From Camelus ferus (Eukaryota): 64,000 nucleotides of DNA. The first letter of the stretch is position 1, and each line of letters opens with the position of its first letter. A model generated the notes under the pieces. It searched no databases. It worked only from the letters and a program-made list of their open reading frames with translations, and was not told the origin of the DNA. This document shows positions 1 through 11,878 of the stretch, piece after piece. The stretch spans positions 111,726,001-111,790,000 of the forward strand of contig NC_045697.1 of assembly GCF_009834535.1 (NCBI RefSeq). The letters run 5' to 3'. Position numbers and translations under genes: made by a program.

Positions 1-279
1 TGGTGCAAGTCCTGAGATTAAGGCCCGGAGCCAGCATGCAAGTCAGTTCTGTCTCCAGGCATTGAGAGGATCAGCTCAGGTTTTCAAAGCAAGGTTTCTC
101 AGCAGAAGACATGGTGTGTCACCTCCTGGGGGGCCAATAACAAATATTTCAGGGATGGCCACTGACAGCACTCGGGTCTGTGTCAACTTCTGGTTCCTCT
201 CCTCTGATTCTCTCTTGACCTCACATTTCTGTGCAGCTTTTGCCTCCACTTCTCCCCAGAGACTGCTGCTGCCAAGGCT

Positions 280-470
280 GGGGGAGGCCTCCAGGTGTCT
301 GAGCCAGTTCTCACCTCTCCTGGTCCTGGATGTCAACAGCTTGATTTTACCATGCCCTCCTTGAGCTATTTCCTTTACCTGGCTTCCGGCTCACTCACCA
401 CAATCTTGGGGTTTCTTTCCACCTTCCTGGTGAATTCTCAGTCTCCTTGGCTGTTTCCTCTCTTTCGACA
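280..470 (-). mobile_element. Ancient LINE-2 3' fragment
   Basis: Minus strand reads agccaaggagactgagaa...ggaagccaggtaaagg, resembling the L2 3' region. Recognised by eye. Confidence 0.5.
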
Positions 471-754
471 ACCAGTTTTTAAAAATATTTTTTAATTTTT
501 TAAAAGTGAAAGTAGGTTTATTCAGGGGGGATCACACACTCCATAGAGAGAGGGCAGGCCGTCTTAAAAGCCCAATTTTAACATTTAAATTCACTAAAAT
601 TCACTGTTGGTGTACGACTTTTGGAGAATGTGCAGGTAAAGTCGTATAACCAACACCACAGCAGTAGGAGGTTGAGACTCTGGGGAGGTTGAGATGAGGT
701 GAATGTAACTGGCATGTGCGACAGATGTGAATCTTTGGGACCAGAGGATGGGCT

Positions 755-1212
755 GTGGTAGCAAGATAATCTGCCCCCTCTCCCAAAGGTTTTCATGTCT
801 TTATCCCAAGAACCTACCTCACATGGCAAACAGGACTTTGCAGGTGTGATTAAATTGTGTCCTGACAGCTGGGGGTGCCAGTGGGCTCAATGTGATCACA
901 AGGGTCCTTATAAGGAAAAGAGAAAGGCAGGAGGGTCAGCCCATGAAGATGCGCGAGGTTTGAAGATGCTACAGTGCAGACTTGAAGATGGAGACAGGGC
1001 TGTGAGCCATCAAATGCGGGCAGCCTCTGGAAGCTGGAAAAGGCAAGAAGGAAATAATTCATTTCTTTCCTGGAGCCCCCAGAAGAGACACAGCCTGGCC
1101 AGCACCTTGATTTCAGGGCCGTTGACCTCCAAACTGTCAGATGGTAAATTTGTGTTGTCTTAAGCCACAAATTTTTTTGTAATTTGTTACAGCAGCTATG
1201 GGAAACCATTAC
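755..1212 (+). mobile_element. MaLR LTR (MLT1-like solo LTR)
   Basis: Typical MLT1 motifs: ggactttgcaggtgtgattaa, gcagcctctggaagctggaaaaggcaag, aatttgtgttgtcttaagccac...ttgttacagcagc. Confidence 0.8.
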
Positions 1213-1269
1213 AATAGTCAAGATAAGGAACGGTGTCATCAGCCCTTTCCTCCAGAATACTGTAGTTCT

Positions 1270-2060
1270 GCATCCCTTGATAGTCAGATCCTACCCCCAC
1301 TCTTATCTGTTGACAGGGAGGGATCTGTTCCCATCTCTATATTTTTGTCTTTTCCAGAATGTCATATAAATGGATTCATGCAGCACGTGCCTTTTGAGTC
1401 TGTCTTCTTTTGCTTAGCATAACACATTTGCAATCCATCCATGTTCTGAATGCCAATGGCCCATTCCTCTTCATTACTGAATAATATTCCAGGAATGTAC
1501 CACAGTTTATTTATTCAGCTCCCAGTTGAGGGACCTTTGGGTTGCTTCCAGCTTGAGGCTATTATGGGTAAACCTACTGTAAATATTTGTATAAAAGTTT
1601 TGATGTGAACTTCCCTCAAGTGAAGCTTTCATTCCATTTGGGTAAATACCTAGGAGTGGGACTGCTGAGGCATATGGTCTAACTTTAAAAGAAACTGCTA
1701 GAAAAAACCCACAAAACCCCAAAAACCTAAAGAGAAAAAATTTAAAGAAAGGAAAAAAAAAAAAAAAAACCTGCCAAACTATTTTCCAAAGTAACTGGGC
1801 CATTTGGCATTCCTACCAGCAACTTGAGTTCCAGTTTCTCTGCCTACTTACCAGCACTTGACATTGTCACTGTTTAAACATTGTAGCTCTTCTAATAGGT
1901 GTGTAGTACAGTCTTTGATTTTAATTTGCATTTCACTGATGGGTAGGATATTGAGCATCTTTTGTGGGCCTCTTTGCCATCTGTTTCTTTGATGAAATGC
2001 CTGTTCTAGTCATTTGTCCATTTTTTATTTGGTTGTTTGCTTTCTTGTTGATTTTTAAGG
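1270..2060 (-). mobile_element. Old L1 3' fragment (ORF2 end / 3' UTR)
   Basis: Minus-strand translation MAQLLWKIVWQ...PLLGIYP resembles the L1 ORF2 C-terminus; degenerate. Confidence 0.8.
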
Positions 2061-3659
2061 GTTTAAAAAAAAAGAATTTTTGAAAATGTTTGGAGCTGTC
2101 TGGGACTTCATAGGCAGTTACATTGCAGTTCATTTCTCAAAGCAGTGAGGGGCGGGCCTGGATCTATCCACAGAGGTAGGGAATTCCCTTCTCCAGCTCC
2201 TGCCTGCTTCCTGACACTCTGACTCCCTTCTCCTATGTGTGCCTGCCCTTAGGACAACGTGGCAGAAGAGAAAAAAGTCATAGGAGGATTTCCCTCTCCC
2301 CCTATCCCCCATTCCCTCTGCCACTTTTTTCAAGAAGTGTTCTCTTTCCCCTGTTCGTGTAGCCAGGAGTGCGCTTCCCCCGCTGGGACTAGAACTGGTC
2401 TCAGGCGGAGCGGGGAGAGAGCTCACACTCTCCATCATGGGCCCTTCCGCAGTCCTCTCACAAGGAAGGGCTTTCTCCAAGTGTTTGCCGTCTTCGATTC
2501 ATGGCCCTGCTCTTGGATCACAGCTGAGGGTAAAAGAGGGAAAGTCCAGGAAGCTCACTGTCCCCTTACAGCTTGCTCTTCAGCGTTTGCCTTCCCTCCT
2601 GGTCTGCCTGCCCTTAATTACTTTGCAGAGTCCTTAGGTAACTGCTGTACTTTGGGTTTTAGTTGAAATCAGTGGGAAAGATGGGCTCCGGCAGGCTTAT
2701 TCCATTTTCGTTGACACCCGAAGCTTCTCTCCCTGGATTTCTGAGGCTGGACTGCCGGAGGCTCAGTCCTGGGCCCTCTCCTCATCTCTGTCTGCACACC
2801 CTCTCTTTGTGACTTCAGCCTTACGTTTCAGCTTCATGGCCTTAAATCATCCCCCAAATTTATAAGGCCGGTGCGGCTCTCTCCTGAACTCCAGAGCAGC
2901 TTCTCCAACTGCCTGGTTGACACTGGATGGCCGATAAATACACAAATTTAACATTCCCCAAACTGAATGCCTGCTCTCTCCTGCCCCTGGACCTGTTCCA
3001 CCTCTCCCTACCCCTTTCAGTAAATGGCAGGTCCATTCTTCCATTTATTCAGGGTAAAAAATTTGAGGTCACCCTTGATGCCTGAGCATGAGGAGAACAG
3101 CAGGTTGGGTTTGCCTGGTTAACAAGTACTAACACATAAGACATTCAACACTCAGCTCAAAGGGAAAAAGACTAACTCGATAAAAAATGAAAAGTTGGGT
3201 AGAAAAGGAAAAGTGGTCAGAGAAGGATGAACATTCAACTCTCATAACTTAAACACTGAATATTAAATTGACCAAAATCATAATAACTAGTATATGAGGG
3301 ATTTGGGGAAACAGAAAGAGGGCATGTGTATGGCTGGGGTGGAGGCAGAAGGTCCAGAGCTAATGGCTAAACCTGAAAAAAATCAAGTAGCAAGTGAAGG
3401 ATGTTATTTAGAGATACGGAGATAAATACCAAGCTGAAGTCAGCACCAAAGAAATTGAAAGCAGTTGACTTGGAGGAGAGAGGCACTGGGGAGGGTAGAG
3501 AATGCTGTTTTTTATAAGGGGTCTAGGACTTTCTGGCTTTAAAGGATATACTGTATAATCTTCATAAAAATAAAAATGACAAAAGATACACACCAAACTG
3601 CTAGATGACTAACAATGGTTGTTTTTGTGGGAATGAGACAGGAGGGGGGCAAGGCACAG

Positions 3660-4380
3660 CCACTCAAGGAATGCTACATCCATTAACATCAAAATGGCGA
3701 AAGATTCAACCCCCAGGAGGCCTTGAGGCTCAAGATGGTGGGAGATTTAACTTCTAGCAGATCTTGAGCTTCGTTATAGGCTCATTGTAATACATTAGCA
3801 TGGTGAGTAACACGCCCACAGGCACCGTGGCAGTCCCAAGGCTAGCCCCAAAAGGTCAAAGGGTGGGAAAGGGCCAACTTCCTGGGAATCCCAGCCCCTT
3901 CCCTCGGCTACTTAGACTGGGCCTTCCACTTACTAGCATATGAAGCCACCAAGCCCATGAAAACTAGCAATAGGGCATTGCCTTGAGGCCGCACTCTCTC
4001 TCTCCCTCTTTGGACGGCCCACATTCTGTCTATGGAGAGTGTATCTACTTTTAATCTGAGCACCCAGCCCCCACCCCTCGTGGCCTTTCCCTTGCCTTTC
4101 AATGTATCTCTCTGTACAAATCTACCTTTACTCAACTGTGGCTCGGGCTTGAATTCTTTCCTGCATGAAGCCAAGGACCCACACTTGATGGGGCACGTCC
4201 CAGGAGCTCAACCGAAGCCTGGGACACGGACCCTGCTCACGCCCCACATCTGTTTTCCTGCATCAGAAACTCAGGAGGGCTAGGAGGCTGAAGCCTTGTC
4301 CCTACAAAAAAAGAAATGAGGGAGATGGAAAGGATTTGTACCCAAGAGGACCCCACAGGGTCCTGCCTTGATTTCAGGTT
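3660..4380. mobile_element. ERV LTR fragments
   Basis: LTR-like sequence. The 4340-4377 end is the reverse complement of the LTR start at 5471 (tgaaactgagcaggaccctgtgggg). Confidence 0.55.
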
Positions 4381-4559
4381 GTTCAGGGAAACAGAACCAA
4401 CAGGACAGATATGTATTTCATACATATATATATGAAAAACTTAATATACAGGATATATAGTTATACTAGGCTGTATTATAAATCTTATATACAACTGATC
4501 TAAGAACATTGGAGTCGTCCCCTGTAATAATCTTGTAAGACAGTTTCTGTTATTTGTAT

Positions 4560-4702
4560 TTTTCTTTTTTTAAATTAATCTGTTTTGGAGGGTAGGTAAT
4601 TAGGTTTATACATCTATTTATATAATGGAGGTACTGGGGATTGAACCCAGGACCTCATGCATGCTAAGCGTGTGCTCTACCACTGAGCTACACCCTCACC
4701 CT
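4560..4702 (-). mobile_element. tRNA-derived SINE (camelid Vic-1-like)
   Basis: Reverse complement of gggtgtagctcagtggtagagc...ggttcaatccccagtacctcca, with A/B boxes and an A-rich tail. Confidence 0.8.
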
Positions 4703-5468
4703 ATTATTTGTGTTTTTCGATGAGCAAACTAAGGATCTGAGAAGTTGAGAAAGTCAAGAAGAGGTTTCAATGCAGGGCTGACAGCTGGGTTACTAGCTGA
4801 AAGATCTTCTTCCTTAGAGAAGGTTGACAGCGAGGATACCCATGTGAAATAAGTGTCAACGAAAATAAAATCCATAACATGAGAGCTGTAAGTTTCAGTT
4901 GTATTCAGGGTCTTACTGAGGACGACAGTCCAGGAGACAACCACTCAGTAGCTCTGAGGACCTGCCGAAAAGGTAGGGGTGTAGCCAGGATATACGTGAA
5001 TTTTTTGGCTGGGAAATACACGTAGTCAAGGAGCACACATCTGGGTAAAAGATTACAGCCCGTCACAAAGAACAGACATCTCAGGTTAACAATGCTAGTG
5101 CTTTTCTGTGTGTGGGAAGTCGCAAGACCACGGGGTCATTAAACTTCTTCCTGAGAGGTGTCTAATGATCTAATTACCCATTTATCCAAAGCCCAGAGGG
5201 CCTCATCTTGCTTTCCATCCAGAATCCTGACCAGGGTGGGCTGTCGGTGGGTGACTGCAGTGGGCTGCCACTTAAGCCTTTGTAGAACCGGGTGGTGAGC
5301 AATGTTCCTTGTTCCTTTTTAGACACAAGCCTGGTTCATAGATGCAGACTGATCCCCAAGGAAATTCTTGAGAAATAATCTAAGTCCATTCTACCTATAC
5401 AGAGACAACATAATTCCAAAGTAGTTCTTAAGTTGTAATATTGATAGTGACTCTGGGTGACAGCTGCA

Positions 5469-6027
5469 TGTGAAACTGAGCAGGACCCTGTGGGGCCCCT
5501 CCTAGGGTCCAGATGCTTTCCACGTTCCTGTTTCTTGTTTGTAGTTAGTAGGCTTCATTCAGCCTCTTTGACCTTCCCTGAGCTCCCAAGGGCAGATCCA
5601 AACAGTTGCTAATCAGGGAAGGGAGGGAAGGCAGAAACAAGGGAGGAGAAGCAGTGGAGCCTTAGGGCAGGGTCCTGGTTCCTCCTTAAGGAATACACAG
5701 AACAAAGTCTTTGAGTTCTTCAGTCAGAACCAAGGCCCCCACCCAGGTGGAGGATGGGCTGAGCACAGGATTCCTGGAGCACTGCCCTGTGACCTCACCA
5801 CCACCCATCAGAAGAAAGTCACATACCCTGCAGCTCTCACCCCAAATTTTGCCTATAAAAACCTGTCCCCTGAAAACTATCCAAGAGTTTGTGTTTTTTT
5901 GAGCACTAGCCACCCATTCTCCTTGCTTGACTTTGCAATAAACCTTTCTCTGCTTCAACCAAACTCTGACATACTTAGGACTGTTGGCTTCACTCTTCAT
6001 GGGCACACAAACTCGTGTTCAGTTAAC
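5469..6027 (+). mobile_element. ERV1-type solo LTR
   Basis: TG...CA termini (tgtgaaactgagc...gttaaca), internal TATA (cctataaaa) and AATAAA (~5937). Confidence 0.7.
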
Positions 6028-6569
6028 ACATAGGGGTTTATTATCCTGTTCTATTATCATATTCCTACTTTGTATAAGCTTTTAATTTTTCATAACAAGA
6101 TTAAAAAAAGATTTAACTGAAGGAAGAAAGACTTCGTAGCTGATGTAGTAGAGAGAAATTCGCCACTTCAAAATATGTTTTTTTTTGGCATATTATTTTA
6201 AGCTGATTACTTTCTAAGAAACTAGAGACATTTGAGAAACTGAAAACCAAGTGGGAATTACCCTTCTCTAAGAAACATTTACATTTGTAAGGGAACTCTC
6301 GGTTTGTAAAGGTGTATCCCTGGGAAGAGGAGGATGACCAAATCTCTAGAAACTCTTATCAGTGCAGAAGGCAAGGACTTAAATGTGCATAAACAACCAG
6401 GCTTTATTTCTACTTCTACTTTCTATTTCTGCTTTATGTCACATGGTACAGAACTCTACGTTGGTGGCTTATTCTCTCAATACTCTAAATACCTCACTCC
6501 ATTGTCTTCTTGCTTGCATTGTTTCATTTCTGAGGATAACTCAAATGTAATTCCCTTTGTTTTTCTAAA

Positions 6570-8610
6570 AATATACTTACGTAACCGAATCACTTTGCTG
6601 TACATCTCAAACTAACACAATGTTGTAACTCAACTATACTTCAATACAAAATTTTACTCTTAGCAACTTTTAAATATGCAATACAGTATTATTATTATTA
6701 TTTGCAATACAGTATTATTAACTAAAGTCATCACACTGTACATTACGTCTTCATGACTTATTTATTCTATAACTGGAAGTTGGTACCTTTTGACCACTTT
6801 TACCTATATCACTCACCTCTCACCCCCTCCACCTCTGGCAACCACTGATCTGTTCTCTGAATGGATGAGCTTGTGTGTGTATATGCGTGTGTGTGTGTGT
6901 TTTAGTTCCACATGTAGGTGAAATCATACAGTATTTACCCTTCTCTGTCTGACTTATTTCATCTAACATAATACCCTGTAGGTCCATCCACATTGTCACA
7001 AATGGCAAGATTTCATTCTTTTTTTATGGCTGAAAAATATTCCATTTTATATATATATTGGCATATTATATTATATTATATATATACCACATCTTCTTTA
7101 TCCATTTATCCATGGAGGGACACTTAGGTTGTTTCCATATCTTGGCTATCATAAACATTGATGCAATGAACATTAGGGGGCATATATCTTTTCGAGCTAA
7201 TGTTTTTATTTTCTTCAGATAATACCCAGAAGTGGAACTGCTGAATCATATAGTAGTTCTATTTTTAATTTTTTACCTCCTTACTGCTTTCCATAGTGGC
7301 TGCCCCAATTTACATTCTCATCAACATCCTCACCAACACTTTCTTTACATCCTCACCAACATTTGTTATTTTTGTCTTTTTAATAATAATCACTTTGATA
7401 GGTGTGCGGTGATACGGTGATGCCTCATAGTGATTTTGATTTACGTTTCCCTGATGATTAGTGATGCGGAGCACCTTCTCATGTGTCTGTTGGCCATCTA
7501 TATGTCCTTTGGAAAAACGTCTATTCAGACCTGCCGATTGTTTTTATTTTTTGTTTGTTTGTTTGTTTATTTTATTTATTTATTTTTTTTGCTATTGAAT
7601 TGTATGATTTTATATATTTTGGAATATTTACCCCTTATCAGCAATATGATTTGCAAATATTTTCTCTCATTTAATAGGTTGCCTTTTCATTTTGTTGATA
7701 GTTTCCTTGACTGTGCAGAAGCTTTTTAGTTTGATGTAGTCCCTCTTGTTTATTACACTTTCATTGCTCCTATTTTTGGTGTCAGATTTAAAATATCCTT
7801 GCCAGGACCAATGTCAAGGACCGGTGTGAAGGATTTTAATGTCTGTGTTTTCTTCTAGGATTTTTTTTTGGTTTCAATTCTTATGTTCATGCCTTTAATT
7901 CATTCTGAATTAACTTTTGTGTATAGTGTAACATAGTGGTCCAATTTCATTCTTTTGCATGTAGCTGCCCAGTTTTCCCAACACCATTTATTGAAGAAAT
8001 TGTTCTTTCTCTATTGTGTATTCTTGGTTCCTCTGTCATAAATTAATTGACCATGTATGCACGGGTTTATTTCTGGGCTTTTCTGTTCCATTGAGCTATG
8101 TGCCTGTTTTTATGCCAGTACTTTACTGTTTTGATTACCCTAGCCTCGCAATGTAGTTTGAAATTAGGGAGTGTGATGCTTCCAGCTTTGTTCTTTCTTA
8201 AGGTGTTTTGGCTATTCAGGGTATTTTGTGGTGCCACACAAATTTTAGGATTGGTTGTTCTATTTCTGTGCAAAATGCAATTGGTGTTTTGATAAGGATT
8301 GCATTGAATCTGTAGATTGCTTTGGGTAGTATAGACATTTTAACAATATTAATTTTTCCAATCCAGGAGCATTGACTCTCTTTCTGTTTATTTAGTCTTC
8401 TTCAATTTCTTCATCAGTGTATAGGTCTTTCACTTCCTTGGTTAAATTTATTCTGTTGTAAATGGGATTGTTTTCTTAATTTAATTTTCTAAAAGCTTTT
8501 TGTTAGTGTATGGAAATACAACAGATTTTTGGGTATTGATTTTGTCTCCTGAAACTTCACTGGATTTGTTTTTTCATTCTAGCAGTTTTTTCAGTAGAGT
8601 GTTTGGGGCT
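6570..8610 (-). mobile_element. L1 LINE, 5'-truncated, degenerate ORF2 3' part plus 3' UTR
   Basis: ORF 8067-8273 ([14 protein letters not shown]...[13 protein letters not shown]) and 6820-7008 (PFVTMWMDLQGIMLDEISQ) are L1 ORF2 motifs. Confidence 0.9.
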
Positions 8611-8699
8611 TTCTTAGTCCTCTCCTGACAGCAATACAACTTACCAGTTCCCAGGACACTTTTTTTTCTTTTTACTATTTTATTGAAGCATAGTTGATT

Positions 8700-8795
8700 T
8701 ATAATTTTTTTCTTTTTAGTGGAGTTACTGGGGATTGAACTCAGGACCCCATGCATGCTAAGTATGCACTCTACCACTGAGCTATACCCTTCCTC
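8700..8795 (-). mobile_element. tRNA-derived SINE (Vic-1-like)
   Basis: Same tRNA-like head as the copy at 4627-4700. Confidence 0.75.
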
Positions 8796-10725
8796 CACAA
8801 CAATGTTGTATCAGTTTCCAGTGTACAGCAAAGTGATTCAGTTATATATGTGTATGCATATATTCTTTTTCATTATATGTTACTACAAGTCACTGACTAT
8901 AGTTCCCTGTGCTATACGGCAGGATGTTCTTCTTTTTAGAGGACAGAAGGTAAGATATTTAGAGAAGCATTTTTCTGAGGCCTGACTGGTATTAGCCACA
9001 CGTGGATGTTTAGTGTTACAGGAGCTCAGCACTGAGCACCACATTCTGAAAGGTAACCATGAGCTCTTTAGTAAGTTGTGTGTTTGTGTATGTGTGTTGA
9101 CATCTGCAGGGCTCTCTGTATCACGGAAGCTCTGTTGGACCTCTTGCTCAGGTGGAGATGTGCAATATTTGTAGTCCTTTGTCAGCTACATACATTGGGA
9201 ATAACTTCTCTCACCTTTCCCCATACTCTTTTTATATTGCCATCTAATTAAAAAGAAGTCTAAAATGTAATACAGTCATCTATTTCTCTATTTAAGAAAC
9301 AAATTTTAATCTTGAGATCATGAAGATATTCCCCTATTTTAGCTCCTAAATGCACTGCAGTATGTCCATTCATACAGCTGGAAGTGACTTTTATACATAG
9401 TATGAGTTTGATTTTCTGGATCCCTTCTCATTAAATAGCTGAAATTTAATTGAGGAGAAATGATATCTTTATAACATCCAATCTTCTTACTATTTTATAT
9501 GGTAATTCCTGTCATTTATTTTGTCCTTTAAAAAAAATGTTCTGTAACGCTTCACAGTCAAGTCATCTGTGTAAAAGACCTGTGTATTTTTGTTAGATTT
9601 CTTTCGGTATCTGATATTTTTTGGTCCTGTTACAAATGGCAACTTTCATTTTCTGATTGATGCTGGTATACTGAAATGCAATTGAATTTTGCATATTAAC
9701 CTTGTATGTAGCAACCTTACAACATTTACCTATTAAATACTTCATTTGTAAAATATTTTGAATTTTCTATGTAAAAAAAATCATACCATTTGATAATAAT
9801 AACATTTTTACTTTTTTTCTTCCCAATCATTATGCTTGTTCCTTCCTTGCCTGATTGTTAAGAATGCCAACACGATGTTGAATAGATGTCTCATTTCCAT
9901 TCTCAGAGAGAAAACTATCAGAATTTTATCAATGCTGTAGTGTTGTGGTAGACACCCTTCAACAGATTAAGGAAGTTCCCTTTGTTATCTACTTTGCTAA
10001 ATTTTAATTTTTATTTTTATCATGACTCCATACATTAATCCAGGAAGGCTGACTTAAAATGTTACGACTGAGTGGCTTAAACAAAGGAAATTTTTCTCAC
10101 GGTGCTGGAGGTCCAAGATCAAGGCGCCTGCAGGCCTGGTTTCTCCGGAGGCCTCCTTGTCTTGTACATGGCCTCTCTGTGCCCGCCCACGGTGTTTCCT
10201 CGATGGATACACTTCCCTGGTGTCCTCTTTTGAGGAAGTCTTATTGAAGTAGGAATCAACACAGTGCTAAAGAGGTGATAGCAAGAATCTTTGAGTTCCG
10301 TTGTCAGAGAGAGCACTATCAGAATTTTATCATCAGTGTGGGTTTTGGGTAGATATCAATGAACACATTAAGGAAGTTACTTTTTCCTAATTTGCTAAAT
10401 TTGTTTTAAAAACAATCACTGACTAGTCATATTAAATTTGTCCTCACCCTCATCTAACCTTGATTACCTATTTCAAGATCACACCTCCAAATAGTTTGGG
10501 ATGGGACACATTCAGTCCTCCGTAACTGTAGATGGGTGAATTTTATCAAATGATTTTTCTGCCATCTACTGAGATAATCCTATGATTTGTTTTCATTTCC
10601 ATTCTGTGGTAAGAAAAAAAATTTGATTATTCAGCTAGGTTTGCTATTGGTCTCCGGCTTTTCATACACTTCATTGGCTGTGAAGATATGCATATGTGAT
10701 AAACCTGTGAAGAAAAACAAACAGA

Positions 10726-10870
10726 GGAGGGTATAGCTCAAGTGGTAGAGCACATGCTTAGAATGCAAAAGGTCCTCGGTTCAATCACCAGTACCTCCTC
10801 CAAAAATAAATAAATCTAATTACTTCCCCCAAAATAAAATAATCAAGTAAGACAGAAATAAAGTACCTTT
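10726..10870 (+). mobile_element. tRNA-derived SINE (Vic-1-like)
   Basis: gagggtatagctcaagtggtagagc...ggttcaatcaccagtacctcc followed by an AT-rich tail. Confidence 0.8.
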
Positions 10871-11818
10871 TTTTTTTAAAAAAGCAAGGGAATTATTAAT
10901 ATTAAATAAGATACCGGATGCCTCAGGCTGAGGAAAATGGGAGCGACATACTATGATGGAGTCCATCAGGGCCGCTGAGCTACGTACCCTTATTTCCTAA
11001 CCTATACCTGGGTTTTCATTTTACTATTCTCCTTTAAATTGTAGCTCTATATGTTAATCCAATCTTACATGCATGCTTTTCATTAAAAAACAAAATCAGC
11101 CACACTCAAAGCTGAAATGTGACTGAAAAAATTAGAAATGGAGTAGAAATACGTTTAAATGTTGGAAGCGGGGAGAAAAGTAGCAACAGGTTAACCCTGC
11201 GGAGACATGGACATAAATCTCCCATGCATGGGAAGGAGTGGGGACAATTTGCTGTTTGCTCTGTCACAAATCAAAACATAAAAATCTCCCAAAAGAAAAA
11301 AAAAAAAAAGAAAGAAAGAAAAGAAAAAGTATTATTTTGTAACAGATACGACAAAACACTGTCTTTTTCTATGTCAAATATCTCCCAGGCAGACGTATAA
11401 GTATAAGTGATCTCATCTAATGCTCATAATTTCTGGACATGATAGACAAGATCTCAAATTTCAGGTGAGACTTGATTAAGATGCACCATTGGTAATAAGC
11501 AAAACACAACTCCTGTTAAAAAAAAAAAGAAGCAATAAATCTGCTTGACTTTTGCCCCGGAGGGAGACTGGACAATATACAAATCTCCCTGTACTCCAGA
11601 TGGAGACACCGCCTCTTATCTTCCAAGGCTGTTTCCCATAAAAACATCCGGGCAAACAGTGTGGAGCCCTCAGTTCCTCGCTCCCGACACTTGCAGAAAA
11701 GCAAGAGACCCACTGAAAAGTGTCCCCGCACAATTGTCTTCTCTCCCACCTGGAACGCGTAAGGTGCTTATAAAACAGGTAAAGGTGCAGGTAGACGAAA
11801 CATGCAAATGTTCACAAG

Positions 11819-11824
11819 TTTATT
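11819..11824 (-). terminator. Candidate polyadenylation signal of TRIM75
   Basis: AATAAA on the minus strand ~55 nt after the stop, similar spacing to the paralogs. Confidence 0.55.
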
Positions 11825-11878
11825 GCAGCTGTGAAACTACAGTTTCACACGCTCCCACGTTAGAGTTCTGGAAACACT

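Noticed and set aside
10726..10800. tRNA-like sequences here and at several other sites
   Set aside because: They are degenerate, carry AT-rich tails and are dispersed, so they are SINE heads rather than tRNA genes.
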